Under the pieces are notes generated by a model. The model was given only the letters and a program-made list of their open reading frames with translations. It was not told the DNA's origin and ran no database searches. This document shows positions 48,845 through 60,073 of a stretch of DNA of 64,000 nucleotides, piece by piece. Location of the stretch: contig JABHQW010000001.1 of assembly GCA_018696595.1 (NCBI GenBank), positions 6,223-70,222 on the forward strand. The letters are read 5' to 3'. Position 1 is the first letter of the stretch. The number at the start of each line of letters is the position of its first letter. The DNA is from Candidatus Woesearchaeota archaeon. Its GTDB lineage: Archaea; Nanobdellota; Nanobdellia; Woesearchaeales; GW2011-AR9. Position numbers and translations under genes: made by a program.

Positions 48845-49701
48845 TTACGTCCTCTTTTTTTCTTAGTAAGTTTTTTGGGTTTATTAGTTTTTCTGAAATT
48901 AAAATCAATCATAATAGGTAAATGGTCAGAGAAAGGAAATTTCAAAACAGAATAATTAGTTACATTTATTTCTGGAGAAGTTAAAATATAATCTAATCTC
49001 CGATGAGGATTCCAAGCAGGTTCTGTGAATGGAACAGAATTCTTATCCAAACTAATTTTATCTTTCAAATGTGTTTTTTTCATTAATTCATTAATCTCTT
49101 TAATGCCATTAAAAGTGTTAAAGTCACCCATTAAGATCACGGGCGTTTTTATCCCATTTACAATATCAATTAATTCTTTAATTTGTTTACCTCTGGCTTT
49201 CTTACCTAAAGATAAATGAGCAACTAGAAAAGTGACTTTTTTTGGACACTTAACAGTTGCTTCTATAACCATTCTTTTAGTTCCTTCATGAAAAACATGG
49301 TATTTAATATCAGTAAGATTAAATCTAGAGATTAAAGCATTAGCTTGTTTTCCTAATATAGGAAGATGATGAAATAATTTTAACCAACCAGTTATAGGAT
49401 ATTTTATTTTTTCTATAAATGAATTTAATCCTAATTCCTCTTCTATAAAACGAACTTCATCTTTTCCCCTAGAACGTAAAGACCCAGTATCAACTTCAAT
49501 TAAAGCAAGGATATCCGCTTTAAGTTGTTTAAGAGAACCAATAATTCTTTCATCTAACTTTTTGGGTGGGAAAAATATTTTCCAGAATTTCAAGTATTGG
49601 TACCATTTCCCGGGAATCCCCTCACAATATTCAATGTTATAACTAATCACCCTTACCATCTTTTGTTTTATTAAATCAATGAGGTATAAAATACTTTCCA
49701 A
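48841..49701 (-). CDS. endonuclease/exonuclease/phosphatase (EEP) family protein
   Basis: DILALIEV, GDFNTF, SDHLPI motifs. Confidence 0.75.
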   Translation of the reverse strand: MESILYLIDLIKQKMVRVISYNIEYCEGIPGKWYQYLKFWKIFFPPKKLDERIIGSLKQLKADILALIEVDTGSLRSRGKDEVRFIEEELGLNSFIEKIKYPITGWLKLFHHLPILGKQANALISRFNLTDIKYHVFHEGTKRMVIEATVKCPKKVTFLVAHLSLGKKARGKQIKELIDIVNGIKTPVILMGDFNTFNGIKEINELMKKTHLKDKISLDKNSVPFTEPAWNPHRRLDYILTSPEINVTNYSVLKFPFSDHLPIMIDFNFRKTNKPKKLTKKKRGRK

Positions 49702-49764
49702 AGTAATATATATTATAACACAAACTAAAAAAGCTTATAAACCAATTCTTAATTTAAACAAATA

Positions 49765-50220
49765 ATGTTAAAGACAATCAAAAAAATTACTGAACAAGCT
49801 TTTAAGGAACTAACAACTTTAGGAGGATCAATATTCTATGCTTTTATTTTACTTTTAGTTTTACTGTTAGGAGAACTAGAATTATTCATTCACTTGCTGA
49901 TCGGATTATTTTTCAGTTTACTGATTGTTGTTTTGATCAGAACATTCTATTTTAAGAACAGACCAAAGAAACAGAGATATAACAATTACTTAGAAAGAAT
50001 TGACGCGTCTTCGTTTCCTAGTTGGCACGCAGCCAGAGCAATCTTCTTGGCTTCAATGTTCTCTTACTTCTTCATTAACAAATATATGACTGGGGCTTTG
50101 ATATTAACTGCTTTAGCGGTATCTTATTCTCGGATTTATCTTAAGAAACATGATTGGGTTGATATTCTGGGTGGATTAGTTTTAGGTATGGTTACTTTCT
50201 TGTTAGTGTTCTTGATTTAA
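49765..50220 (+). CDS. PAP2 family lipid phosphatase
   Basis: SFPSWHAARA and HDWVDILGG motifs; membrane helices. Confidence 0.65.
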   Translation: MLKTIKKITEQAFKELTTLGGSIFYAFILLLVLLLGELELFIHLLIGLFFSLLIVVLIRTFYFKNRPKKQRYNNYLERIDASSFPSWHAARAIFLASMFSYFFINKYMTGALILTALAVSYSRIYLKKHDWVDILGGLVLGMVTFLLVFLI

Positions 50221-50229
50221 AAATTCTAA

Positions 50230-51519
50230 TTATTTAAGTATCCCATAACCGATTAACCTAAATCTATCACCAACTCTTCTAGAAATAGTAATTCTTTCAC
50301 CAGCATTTGCTGCAATAGGTTTCTTCAAAACACAAGTAGTATTTTTCTTACTAGGATCTGTAACAACACCAACAGTAGCGGCAGAATTTACATTAAGCAT
50401 TAAGATTTCATTCTTAGCTAAAGGTTTAACATCTGTTTCTTCTTTAGTCCCAACAACTCTTTCCAACAAGTTTGTAACTAAAGAAATTTGATTTCTAACT
50501 TCTGGAAGTTTACCAGAAACGCCGACTAATGAACCAGTTAATGAATCAGATTTAACAATTGTAGGATCTAAAGTAGTAGCAATAGCCATACTTCCACCGG
50601 GAGAAATTTCATCCACAGGAGCACCACCAGAAAAGATTTTAGTAATTTTAGTTTTCAAAGATCTCCAAACTTTTTTATTTTTTTCTTCTACACTATAACC
50701 AGGAACAATCTCAATCTCATCACCAACTTTAAATGTGCCTTGTTTAATAGTTCCACCTAAAACTCCACCAATTAAATTATCTGGCTTAATTCCAGGTTTA
50801 TTAATATCAAAAGATCTTGCTACTAACATAATTGGTTCTGCATCTAGATTTCTTTCAGGAGTAGGAATAAATTCTTGAATTGATTTAACTAAAACGTCAA
50901 CGTTAACGTTAGCTCTTGCAGACATAGGAATAATTGGAGCATCTTTATAATCAGTAGTAGATAAAAATTCTTTAATTTGGCCATAATTCTTCATTGCTTC
51001 TTCAGGGCTAACTAAATCTATTTTGTTTTGAACAATGATAATATTCTTAATTCCAGAAATTTGTAATGCCATCAGATGTTCTTTAGTTTGTGGTTGAGGG
51101 CATTTTTCGTTTGCTGCCACCATTAATAGTGCTCCGTCAACGATTGCCGCTCCACTAAGCATTGTTGCCATTAAGGATTCGTGGCCAGGAGCATCAACTA
51201 AAGAAATTTTCCTAATAAACTTAGTTTCTTTATTACATTTAATACATTTACTTTTAGGAGTATGAAAATCGCATTTGTCGCAGTAATAAACTGAGAAGTC
51301 AGCATAACCTAAACGGATAGTAATACCTTTCTTTAACTCTTCTGAATGTGTATCTGTCCACTTTCCAGATAGTCTTTCGGTTAAAGTAGTTTTACCATGA
51401 TCAACATGACCAACTAAAGCGATATTTAGAACTGGTTGAACAACTTCTTCTTTTGCTTTCTTTTTAGTAGAAGTCTTCTTTTTAGTTGTTTTTTCTGTAG
51501 TTTCTTTCTTCTTAGCCAT
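50230..51519 (-). CDS. translation initiation factor 2 subunit gamma
   Basis: GHVDHGKTTL, DAPGH, NKID G-motifs; zinc knuckle CDKC..CIKC; Lys-rich N-terminal extension. Confidence 0.9.
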   Translation of the reverse strand: MAKKKETTEKTTKKKTSTKKKAKEEVVQPVLNIALVGHVDHGKTTLTERLSGKWTDTHSEELKKGITIRLGYADFSVYYCDKCDFHTPKSKCIKCNKETKFIRKISLVDAPGHESLMATMLSGAAIVDGALLMVAANEKCPQPQTKEHLMALQISGIKNIIIVQNKIDLVSPEEAMKNYGQIKEFLSTTDYKDAPIIPMSARANVNVDVLVKSIQEFIPTPERNLDAEPIMLVARSFDINKPGIKPDNLIGGVLGGTIKQGTFKVGDEIEIVPGYSVEEKNKKVWRSLKTKITKIFSGGAPVDEISPGGSMAIATTLDPTIVKSDSLTGSLVGVSGKLPEVRNQISLVTNLLERVVGTKEETDVKPLAKNEILMLNVNSAATVGVVTDPSKKNTTCVLKKPIAANAGERITISRRVGDRFRLIGYGILK

Positions 51520-51573
51520 GTAATTGTTAGAAATGCGAGTTATTTATAAAGTTTTAGTGATTATTTAGTTTTA

Positions 51574-52503
51574 ATGTTCCCAAAACTACCATCAGACACA
51601 ATCTTAGCACCAATGGCTGGCGTTACAGATGTAGCTTTTAGACTCTTGTGTAAAAAGTACGGCGCTGGATTAACAGTAACGGAAATGATTTCTGCGAATG
51701 CTTTAGCTAGAAATAACCAAGCTACAATAAGGATGATTGATGTAGTTGAGGAAGAGAAACCAAGAGTAATTCAACTATTTGGCCAGAATGTAGAGAGTTT
51801 AGTAACAGCAGCAAAATATTGTGAAGATAAATGTGAAGTTTTAGATTTAAACTTTGGTTGCCCTGCTGCCAAGATTATCAGACAGGGATCAGGATCAGCA
51901 TTATTACAACGACCTAACAGACTTAAAGAGATTGTAGAGGCAGTTGTAAAAGCCGTTAAAATCCCCGTAACTGTTAAAGTTCGATTAGGCATAAGAAAAA
52001 CAAACATCAATGTAGTAAAGATTGCTAAATTATGCGAGGAAGCTGGCGCTAGTTTAATTGCTATTCATGCCCGAACACAAAAGCAAGGTTACACGGGTAA
52101 AGCAGATTGGGCTTGGATCAAAGAAGTAAAAGAATCTGTTTCTATTCCCGTTGCGGGAAATGGAGATGTTAGAACAGTTGAAGATTATTTAAAAATGAAA
52201 GAAGAAACAGGTTGTGATTATGTAATGATTGGTAGAGGAATCATGGGTAACCCCTACTTGTTTAAACAAATTGAAGATTATAATAAAACAGGAAAATATT
52301 CTGAACGAGATAAGAAACAACAACTGGAAGATTTCTTTGAATATCTTAAATTAGCAGAGAGATATCAAATAAATATATTGCATATTAAATTTCATGCTCA
52401 AGCTTTTACAAAAGGCATGAAAGGCGCTTCTCAGATTCGTAATTTGTTGGGCAGAGCTAAAACATCTGCTGAAATCAAAAAGATAATGCTCACAGTACAA
52501 TAA
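51574..52503 (+). CDS. dus: tRNA-dihydrouridine synthase
   Basis: [19 protein letters not shown] (catalytic Cys), TIM-barrel pattern. Confidence 0.85.
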   Translation: MFPKLPSDTILAPMAGVTDVAFRLLCKKYGAGLTVTEMISANALARNNQATIRMIDVVEEEKPRVIQLFGQNVESLVTAAKYCEDKCEVLDLNFGCPAAKIIRQGSGSALLQRPNRLKEIVEAVVKAVKIPVTVKVRLGIRKTNINVVKIAKLCEEAGASLIAIHARTQKQGYTGKADWAWIKEVKESVSIPVAGNGDVRTVEDYLKMKEETGCDYVMIGRGIMGNPYLFKQIEDYNKTGKYSERDKKQQLEDFFEYLKLAERYQINILHIKFHAQAFTKGMKGASQIRNLLGRAKTSAEIKKIMLTVQ

Positions 52504-52604
52504 TATTTTTATACTTCTCCCAGATCCCATTTGCAAACAACATTTTAAAATTAAACGATATTACAATACAATAATGATTATAAATAAAGAAAATATTCTT
52601 CCAA

Positions 52605-53321
52605 GTGTCTCCAACAGATAGACCTATTTTCTTTGAATTTCCTAATTCCCCAATTAGAGGCATCCCACTCATTTCTGAATCAAGAGAATATCTAAACTTA
52701 GGATTTATGGAAGTGGGATGTAAACCTACAAGAAAAAGAACCCAATTAAGAGATAAGAAAGAATTATTTTACAAATGGTGGGGAGACCAATATAAGAATC
52801 AACACGGAATTGAATGGACCCCAACAGTTTACCGAATCTTAGCACATTATTGTCCGGAGATACAACCGCGACTTTATGCTAGAAAAACAGAATTAGATGT
52901 AGTAGTCTTGTATACTGAAATTAGTCCAGAAATGTTAGGGGGATTAAATGAGTATGACAAAGAACAGATTTATCGAGTTGTTAAGAATAATCAAAGAAGA
53001 AGAGATTTATTAGAAGAAATAATTGAAACAAAAGATGCAGAAAGTTTACATAAATTAATTGTTGAAGGTGGAAGAATACCCCAGGTGGAAATGTTAAGAG
53101 GAAAAATGGCAGAAATTTTAGCTCAGAAAGATATTGAAGAAAATTTACCGTTTGGCATGAATTTCTTTCGTAATAGTTCCATCAATTATTTTAATCGAAG
53201 ATATAGAAATGGAACTGAAATTGATGGTGTTTTAACTTTTTATGGAGAAGAGACATTTATGGAATTAGTAGAAAGATTTGGAACTATCGATCATTTAACA
53301 ATTAAAGATAGATGGAACTAG
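52605..53321 (+). CDS. hypothetical protein
   Basis: 238 aa ORF. Confidence 0.35.
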   Translation: MSPTDRPIFFEFPNSPIRGIPLISESREYLNLGFMEVGCKPTRKRTQLRDKKELFYKWWGDQYKNQHGIEWTPTVYRILAHYCPEIQPRLYARKTELDVVVLYTEISPEMLGGLNEYDKEQIYRVVKNNQRRRDLLEEIIETKDAESLHKLIVEGGRIPQVEMLRGKMAEILAQKDIEENLPFGMNFFRNSSINYFNRRYRNGTEIDGVLTFYGEETFMELVERFGTIDHLTIKDRWN

Positions 53322-53347
53322 TAAATGAATAAATAAAATTAAAAAAA

Positions 53348-53683
53348 TTATTTCTTTTTCAATCTTTTCTTAACGGCCTTCTTAATACTCTTACGGCCCT
53401 GTTTCAATCTACTTTTAACAACTCTCTTAACTTTTCCTAAATCGCCTTTCTTAATAACCCCAGAGTTATGTAAAGCACCTTCAAATTGTCTTTTAGCTGT
53501 ACCTAAAACAACTTTTGCAGTTTTCTCAGAAGTACTAACTAACTCTCGAGCCAATTTTAAACTCTCTTTTTCAGTAAGACCTAAATCTTTCTTAACTTTT
53601 GCAGCAACTTTTTTTCCTTCAGCCAAAGTTAATAATCCTAATCCATAACCTGTTTTAATTGCTTTCTTAACAACATCTTCCAT
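53348..53683 (-). CDS. small Lys-rich protein
   Basis: 111 aa from MEDVVKK; C-terminal KSRLKQGRKSIKKAVKKRLKKK. Confidence 0.3.
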   Translation of the reverse strand: MEDVVKKAIKTGYGLGLLTLAEGKKVAAKVKKDLGLTEKESLKLARELVSTSEKTAKVVLGTAKRQFEGALHNSGVIKKGDLGKVKRVVKSRLKQGRKSIKKAVKKRLKKK

Positions 53684-53684
53684 C

Positions 53685-55355
53685 TTAATCAACCCCCCTA
53701 TTCTTCCTATGTGAAAAAATAAAGTATAAAAATAGTAATCCAGTAACACTTATTAATATTACGCTTAAAGGAAAACCAAACAAAGTGGTATGTCCCTCAA
53801 TGTATAATAAGAAAATAGAAGCTAAGAACAAAACTAAAAAAGCAAAACCCACACTTCTTTTGTGTTGTTGATCTACTAGTTCATGTTCAATTTCTTCTAA
53901 CTTTTGAGTATCTAATTGTTGCGGTTTATCTTCTTGTTCTAATTTACGAATAATTCTTACAATATGATCTGGCAACTCTAATAATAAATCTTTATTTTTC
54001 CAAAATGTATCTTTTACTTTATTAATAATCTTTCCAGCAGAATATTGTTCTTTAAGAAACTTATCTGTAAATATCTTGAACCCTTCTGCAACTTTAAAAC
54101 TTGGATCTAGTTGATAACCTAATCCTTCTGCTTGATAAACTGCTTTCGCCAACATCACATGATTCGCATCAAAAATAACTCCATATTTAGCACCTTCAGA
54201 AATAATTTCATATAAAGCATGACCAAAACTAACTTCACCAATAGAATGAAAATAAACATCTTCCATAACCTGAATACATTTTTCTCTAAATTCTGAAATG
54301 TCATTCGTTTTTACTTCCCGTGCCAAAGAAAGAATAATGTTAAAACTTTTAATTGGATCTTTATCAGGAATAGTAGAAATAAATTTAACTACTTTTTTCA
54401 TGTCTTGAGGCCTAACTTCGCCCATAATTCCAAAATCAATATAAATCATTCTCCCATTCTTTTTAACAAGAATATTTCCTGGATGCGGATCAGCATGGAA
54501 GAAACCATAAAGTAAAGCTTGTTCTAGAACAGAATTAAAATAAGTGAGAGCTAAATTTCTACGATTAATATGTGCTTTCTTTAAGAATTTATAATCATCA
54601 ATTCTCACTCCGGAAACAAAATCCATTATTAATACTTTTTTTGAGGACAAATCAGAATAAACTTTAGGAACATCAACTTTAGAATCAGTTTTTAACTCTT
54701 CTTTTAAACGAATAGCATTTCTTGCCTCAATCTCAAAATCAATTTCTCTTCTTGTCCAAAGAGCAAACTCTTTAACCACGTCTAGTGGCCGATAGTTCCT
54801 TAACTTTGGAAAATGTTTTTCTAATTCTTTAGCAATGAAGAATAAGATGTCTAAATCAGCATCAATAGTCTCTTTAATATTCGGACGCTGAACTTTTACC
54901 GCAATTACTTTGCCGTTCTTTAGAACTGCTTTATGTACTTGAGCAATAGAAGCAGAAGCTATTGGTTTTTTGTCAAAACTTTTAAAGATTTTATCAATTG
55001 GTTTCTTTAATTCTTCTTCAACTATTTTTTTTGATCCTGAATAAGAGAAAGGTTGCACTTCATCTTGTAATTTTTCAAACTCTTTAGAAAATTCTTTAGG
55101 AACTAAATCTGGACGTAATGAAAGTAATTGTCCTAGTTTAACAAATGTTGGACCTAACCTTTCAAACGCTCTTCTTAACTTATACGCTTGTACTTCTTTA
55201 TTATTAATGTGTTTGTGTACTAGAAAACGTTTCATGAACGGCAAATGTCTTTTGAACTTTGTTTTTGCTAAGTAATAACCTAGACCTTCTTCAAAAAAAA
55301 CTAAGAGAATCTCCTTAAACCTACGAATATCTTTAATATCTTTTTTTAAGTTCAA
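53685..55355 (-). CDS. UbiB/ABC1 family atypical kinase with C-terminal TM helices
   Basis: IASASIAQVHKAVLKNGKVIAVKVQRPNI and HADPHPGNILV kinase-like motifs. Confidence 0.8.
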   Translation of the reverse strand: MNLKKDIKDIRRFKEILLVFFEEGLGYYLAKTKFKRHLPFMKRFLVHKHINNKEVQAYKLRRAFERLGPTFVKLGQLLSLRPDLVPKEFSKEFEKLQDEVQPFSYSGSKKIVEEELKKPIDKIFKSFDKKPIASASIAQVHKAVLKNGKVIAVKVQRPNIKETIDADLDILFFIAKELEKHFPKLRNYRPLDVVKEFALWTRREIDFEIEARNAIRLKEELKTDSKVDVPKVYSDLSSKKVLIMDFVSGVRIDDYKFLKKAHINRRNLALTYFNSVLEQALLYGFFHADPHPGNILVKKNGRMIYIDFGIMGEVRPQDMKKVVKFISTIPDKDPIKSFNIILSLAREVKTNDISEFREKCIQVMEDVYFHSIGEVSFGHALYEIISEGAKYGVIFDANHVMLAKAVYQAEGLGYQLDPSFKVAEGFKIFTDKFLKEQYSAGKIINKVKDTFWKNKDLLLELPDHIVRIIRKLEQEDKPQQLDTQKLEEIEHELVDQQHKRSVGFAFLVLFLASIFLLYIEGHTTLFGFPLSVILISVTGLLFLYFIFSHRKNRGVD

Positions 55356-55425
55356 TTAAGTATACCTCTTTTTAACTAAATAAAGAATAATAAGTATATA
55401 AGCGTTTTGTTAATTGTAAAAGCCC

Positions 55426-56151
55426 TTATGATTCTTTATTCAGAAAGTAATCTAAAGAAGCACTATTAACATTCTTCATAGAAAATAAAACTCTAACACC
55501 AGTTTTTGCAGCTTCTGAATTGTAAAAATCTTTAACAACTTGATAAGCAGCAGAGTCAGAGAATTCAAAACGATCTCTTAATCCATCCCAACTAAAATGT
55601 GGCATTTCACAACCAACAGATTTACCTTGATCGATAGCCAAAAAATGAAACAGTGGATCTAATTCAGCAGAGATTACAGAAACTATACCTTTTGTTCCTT
55701 CTTGTTGATTACGTTCTTCAACTTTTTCTTTTAATTCAAAAAGAAACTCAAGATAATCATGCGGATGAGGATTATTTCCTTCATAATGAGATAAAGCAAC
55801 AGGACCAAAAAGTAAACGATAAGCAAAATCAGGGTTTCTATCAAAAGAATCTTCAAGTGTTTTTTTTAACGAATCATTTTCTGAATAAACAAAACCACTA
55901 ACTTGACCATTTACATGAATAATTTCCTGTTCCGCAGTCCTAAATAACTGAGCAACAAATGGTTTGTATTCCACCATAGAAATATTTTTGATTAAAGATA
56001 ATGAATCAACTTTAAGATCTCTTAATTTTTCGTAGACTTCATACCATTTAGGAAAGTCTGCTTTTAAGAGAGGTTCAAATAACTCTTGAAGTTCTGCATT
56101 TTCAAATAAAATAGATTGTAGCATTGTCATCTTAAGAATAAAATTCAACAA
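55426..56151 (-). CDS. hypothetical protein
   Basis: 241 aa ORF. Confidence 0.35.
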   Translation of the reverse strand: MLNFILKMTMLQSILFENAELQELFEPLLKADFPKWYEVYEKLRDLKVDSLSLIKNISMVEYKPFVAQLFRTAEQEIIHVNGQVSGFVYSENDSLKKTLEDSFDRNPDFAYRLLFGPVALSHYEGNNPHPHDYLEFLFELKEKVEERNQQEGTKGIVSVISAELDPLFHFLAIDQGKSVGCEMPHFSWDGLRDRFEFSDSAAYQVVKDFYNSEAAKTGVRVLFSMKNVNSASLDYFLNKES

Positions 56152-56156
56152 ATAAC

Positions 56157-56345
56157 CTAACTTTCCATTCTTTTAAGTCTAGTCATGTAACCAGAAATAA
56201 CATTCTTCATCTTCTTACTAGTAAGCTTAGTATACTTTGCAGTAGTTTCTTTGTTCTTAGAGAACTCTGTAGTAAACTTGTCCCCATGTAACTTTAATAG
56301 CTCTTTAGTTTTTCGCTTGATAAATGTAGTCTTAATTCTTCCCAT
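56157..56345 (-). CDS. rps17e: 30S ribosomal protein S17e
   Basis: MGRIKTTFIKRKTKELLKLHGDKFTTEFSKNKE...ISGYMTRLKR matches S17e. Confidence 0.75.
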   Translation of the reverse strand: MGRIKTTFIKRKTKELLKLHGDKFTTEFSKNKETTAKYTKLTSKKMKNVISGYMTRLKRMES

Positions 56346-56463
56346 TTTAAGTTCTATTATTCTATTTGTTTTATAAACTTTTCCTTTAATTTAATTAGAG
56401 AGATACCACTCCCCAGTATACCTTTTAGTAACATTTATATATTAAGCTACCTTTCCTATTTAG

Positions 56464-56859
56464 ATGGTTATTCTCTTCGACCAATTCAATCTGCCAGAGG
56501 ACATTTACAAGATCATCTTTGCTACAGAACAGCAGGAGATAGTTGGTAAGATGTTAATTAAGTATATGTGGGATAACGGCGGAGAGATTGGTAAAACTGA
56601 GATGAGTCTATTTGCCACTGCCTTACATGAAGGTAAAGCTGTTGTTAAAGAGAAAGGTAAATCGCCGATTGGAAAAGAAACTCGTCTTTCATATAATAAA
56701 AGACAATTCTATGATCGAATTCTAACACCAATGCGCGGAATGGGTTTAATTGATTATGATTTGTATAAGAAGACTTACAAAGTTTCTGACAAGTTTAACA
56801 AGTTAATGATTAAGATTGGTTTAACTTGGTTAAGAGAGTTAGATAAGCATAAGAAATAG
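56464..56859 (+). CDS. hypothetical protein
   Basis: 131 aa ORF. Confidence 0.3.
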   Translation: MVILFDQFNLPEDIYKIIFATEQQEIVGKMLIKYMWDNGGEIGKTEMSLFATALHEGKAVVKEKGKSPIGKETRLSYNKRQFYDRILTPMRGMGLIDYDLYKKTYKVSDKFNKLMIKIGLTWLRELDKHKK

Positions 56860-56950
56860 TTTTAAGTTCTAGATTTTTATTTCTGTTTAATATTAATTTA
56901 AGAAAATGTTTAATTCTTGTTTATTAGAAAAAAGAAAAAAAAGAAAAAAA

Positions 56951-57667
56951 TTAATTAACGCCAAAAGTTTCATATGCGAATCCAGAAAATTCACAATTTT
57001 TAACGGTAGGGTTATTCCCATCAAAATTAATTCCTGTTCCAGAATTCATATTCCCAGTTATAGTATGTCCTTGACAATCAAAAACAACATCATCACCATT
57101 GATATCTAAACAAACAGGAACCGGAAGTCCAGGTTGTGACGCAATATTAATCTGACAAGTGATATCTTCTCCAAGAACAATATTTTTCTCCCCAGTAATT
57201 ACCAACCCTGGATGTGAATCTGAGATCATACTATTATCCAAAACTAAAGGTCCTTCTTCAACTTGATAAATAGTACCTTCTAAAGCTTTATCATAACAAA
57301 CATTGTAACAAACGCTGAATTCAGATTTCAATTGTTTATAACTAAACCACAAATTAGTAGCAACTCTTTTTCCTTTCATTAATTGTTGAACCTTTCGTAG
57401 CTCATTTCTTATTGCAGAACAATCTTGTTTATAACAATCATAAAACTCAGATTTACAAGCAGAATCTAATTTACAAATTTTCTTTTCTGCAGTTGTTGCT
57501 TCTCCAGCTAAAGCACTATCTTCACTATCTTCAGGAACTGCTACTGCTTCTATTGCATCTAAGGCCGCTTCTGCTTCATCAACTTCTACTTCTTCAACTG
57601 CACAACTTACTAAAAATATGGCCAATACCATTAGAGCAATAACCATCAACTTCATAACTTTTTTCAT
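56951..57667 (-). CDS. secreted/lipoprotein with Cys-rich region and beta-helix-like C-terminal repeats
   Basis: Signal peptide MKKVMKLMVIALMVLAIFLVSC; repeated G-x-I/N-x-G segments (DCQGHTITGN, GINFDGNN, KNCEFSG). Confidence 0.4.
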   Translation of the reverse strand: MKKVMKLMVIALMVLAIFLVSCAVEEVEVDEAEAALDAIEAVAVPEDSEDSALAGEATTAEKKICKLDSACKSEFYDCYKQDCSAIRNELRKVQQLMKGKRVATNLWFSYKQLKSEFSVCYNVCYDKALEGTIYQVEEGPLVLDNSMISDSHPGLVITGEKNIVLGEDITCQINIASQPGLPVPVCLDINGDDVVFDCQGHTITGNMNSGTGINFDGNNPTVKNCEFSGFAYETFGVN

Positions 57668-57770
57668 TTCACATCACCTTTTTTATTTCTAATCAACTTG
57701 ATTATAGAGGAAGTAAGAAGTTGTCATTTATAAAACTTATTATATTAGAGAAGGGGAAAAAGAAAAAAAA

Positions 57771-58985
57771 TTAAAAAGTGTTTTCTTCAACTTTGTTTAT
57801 TTCTGGAGGAGTATCTGTACTCTCAAAATTCAATCCAACTTTCAAAGCTTCTACCTTATCAGTTTTTTCCCAAGTAAAGTCTGGGTCGTCTCTTCCAAAG
57901 TGTCCGTAAGCAGCAGTCTTCTTGTAAATTGGTCTTCGTAAATTCAATTGGTCAATAATTGCTTTTGGTCTAAAATCAAAAGTATTCTCAACCAACTCAA
58001 CAATCTTCTCTTCAGGAATTTTATTAGTTCCGAAAGTATTCACTAAAACAGAAACTGGTTTTGCAACACCGATTGCATAAGCAACTTGAACTTCACATTT
58101 ATCAGCCAAACCAGCAGCAACAACATTCTTTGCCACATACCTAACGTAATAAGATGCACTTCGATCTACTTTACTAGGATCTTTCCCAGAGAAAGCTCCA
58201 CCACCATGACTACCATGGCCACCGTAAGTATCAACAATAATTTTTCTTCCAGTTACACCAGCATCACCAACAGGACCACCGATTACAAACTTTCCAGTTG
58301 GGTTAACAAAGTAGTTTGTATTGTCATCAATCCAATCAGCACAAATTGGTTTAATGATTTTTTCAATCATGTCTCTATGGATAGTTTCCAAATCCACATC
58401 AGGGTGATGTTGAGTAGAAATAACAACAGTTTCAACTCTTTTAGGTTTACCATCCTCATACTCTACTGTAACTTGTGATTTCCCATCTGGACGTAAATAC
58501 CAAACTTCTCCTCTTTTACGAGCAGAAGCTAATCTTTGACATAATTTATGAGCAAGAACAATTGGTAAAGGCATATATTCAGCAGTTTCATTTGATGCAT
58601 AACCAAACATTAAACCTTGATCTCCTGCTCCTTGTTCGTCATATAATCCTTCTCCCTCAGAAACTCCTTGAGAGATATCTGGGGATTGTTCTGATAATGC
58701 TGCCAATACACCACAAGTAGAACCTTCAAAACCAAATTCTGGTTTATCATAACCAATTTCTAGAACAGTATCTCTAACAATTTTCTGTACATCAATATAA
58801 GTTGTAGTAGTAACTTCTCCAGCCACAACAACGAATCCTGTTTTTGTTAAACATTCTACTGCAACCCTTGCATTAGGATCGTCGGTATAAATTGCATCTA
58901 AGACTGCGTCCGAGATCTGGTCACACATTTTATCAGGGTGACCTTCAGTAACACTTTCACTTGTAAAAAAATATTTATTTGCCAT
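57771..58985 (-). CDS. metK: S-adenosylmethionine synthase, bacterial/eukaryotic MetK type
   Basis: [36 protein letters not shown] motifs. Confidence 0.95.
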   Translation of the reverse strand: MANKYFFTSESVTEGHPDKMCDQISDAVLDAIYTDDPNARVAVECLTKTGFVVVAGEVTTTTYIDVQKIVRDTVLEIGYDKPEFGFEGSTCGVLAALSEQSPDISQGVSEGEGLYDEQGAGDQGLMFGYASNETAEYMPLPIVLAHKLCQRLASARKRGEVWYLRPDGKSQVTVEYEDGKPKRVETVVISTQHHPDVDLETIHRDMIEKIIKPICADWIDDNTNYFVNPTGKFVIGGPVGDAGVTGRKIIVDTYGGHGSHGGGAFSGKDPSKVDRSASYYVRYVAKNVVAAGLADKCEVQVAYAIGVAKPVSVLVNTFGTNKIPEEKIVELVENTFDFRPKAIIDQLNLRRPIYKKTAAYGHFGRDDPDFTWEKTDKVEALKVGLNFESTDTPPEINKVEENTF

Positions 58986-59002
58986 TTTATTTTATTCCTC
59001 CT

Positions 59003-59407
59003 TTAAAAAAATCCTCGTTTATAATTGGGATTATCTTCCCCTTCATCACGAGGGGCATTTGCAACTATTCTACTTATTAAATCATGATCAGGATTATTTC
59101 GTGGCACACTTTGTAAAATCACTTTACTTCTCCAATCATTAAGTTCTACTTCTGGCATTCTTCCTTTAACATAAGCTAACGCTTTTCCATACTGATTATT
59201 TTCATCAAAAACATTAACCCCTGCTTCTCTTGCTGCAGTACAAACTGCTAAACCTAAAGTAAAATATAATGAATCTATTTGTGGACGATCATCAGTCATC
59301 ACGTATTTCCTAGCTAAAGTTTCAAATTTTCTGTCTTCAATTGCATTCGCCACTTCACCATAAAGATTCAGCATTTCATCGGTTCTCTTCAAGTTTTCTG
59401 CAACCAT
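59003..59407 (-). CDS. hypothetical protein
   Basis: 134 aa ORF. Confidence 0.35.
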   Translation of the reverse strand: MVAENLKRTDEMLNLYGEVANAIEDRKFETLARKYVMTDDRPQIDSLYFTLGLAVCTAAREAGVNVFDENNQYGKALAYVKGRMPEVELNDWRSKVILQSVPRNNPDHDLISRIVANAPRDEGEDNPNYKRGFF

Positions 59408-59517
59408 AATTAATTACCTCCAATTTAATCATAAAACAACCCAAATAATATATAAATACTCTTGACAACAATATTCCAATAGGAATATTTATAAAGAAAT
59501 AGTATTCTTGAGCATAT

Positions 59518-60069
59518 ATGTTAGAAGACTTAAATGAAATTAAAAGAATTAGAAAGAAGCACGGACTTAACCAGAAAGAACTAGCTGAGAAAGCAGATGT
59601 TTCTCAGTCGCTAATTGCTAAAATTGAATCTGGAAAGATTGAACCTTCATTTTCAAATGCAAAGAAAATATTCCAGGCATTGGAAGAATTAAGAGAAAAA
59701 GAAGAACTAAAAGCTAAAAATCTGATGAATAAGAAGATTGTCTTTGCAAAAGCTAATGATAAAGTTAAAGACATAATCCAAGTAATGAAGAAGAAAAGCA
59801 TTTCTCAAATTCCGGTAATGAATAAAAATAATATTTGTGGATTATTAACTGAAGGATTAATCTTAAGAAAGATTGCTGCAAACCCAGAAGCAATCAATCA
59901 ATTAACAGTGGAAGAGATTATGGAAGATGCCCCACCAATAGTTTCAATAAGAACAGGATTAAAAGTAATTTTAGAATTGTTAAAAGATAACTTAATTGTC
60001 CTAGTTGCCAAGAAAGGAGATATCAAGGGAATAATCTCTAAAAGTGATTTATTGGGCAAGATAGAATAA
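59518..60069 (+). CDS. XRE-type HTH plus CBS-pair transcriptional regulator
   Basis: GLNQKELAEKADVSQSLIAKIESG HTH; two C-terminal CBS motifs. Confidence 0.75.
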   Translation: MLEDLNEIKRIRKKHGLNQKELAEKADVSQSLIAKIESGKIEPSFSNAKKIFQALEELREKEELKAKNLMNKKIVFAKANDKVKDIIQVMKKKSISQIPVMNKNNICGLLTEGLILRKIAANPEAINQLTVEEIMEDAPPIVSIRTGLKVILELLKDNLIVLVAKKGDIKGIISKSDLLGKIE

Positions 60070-60073
60070 ATAA

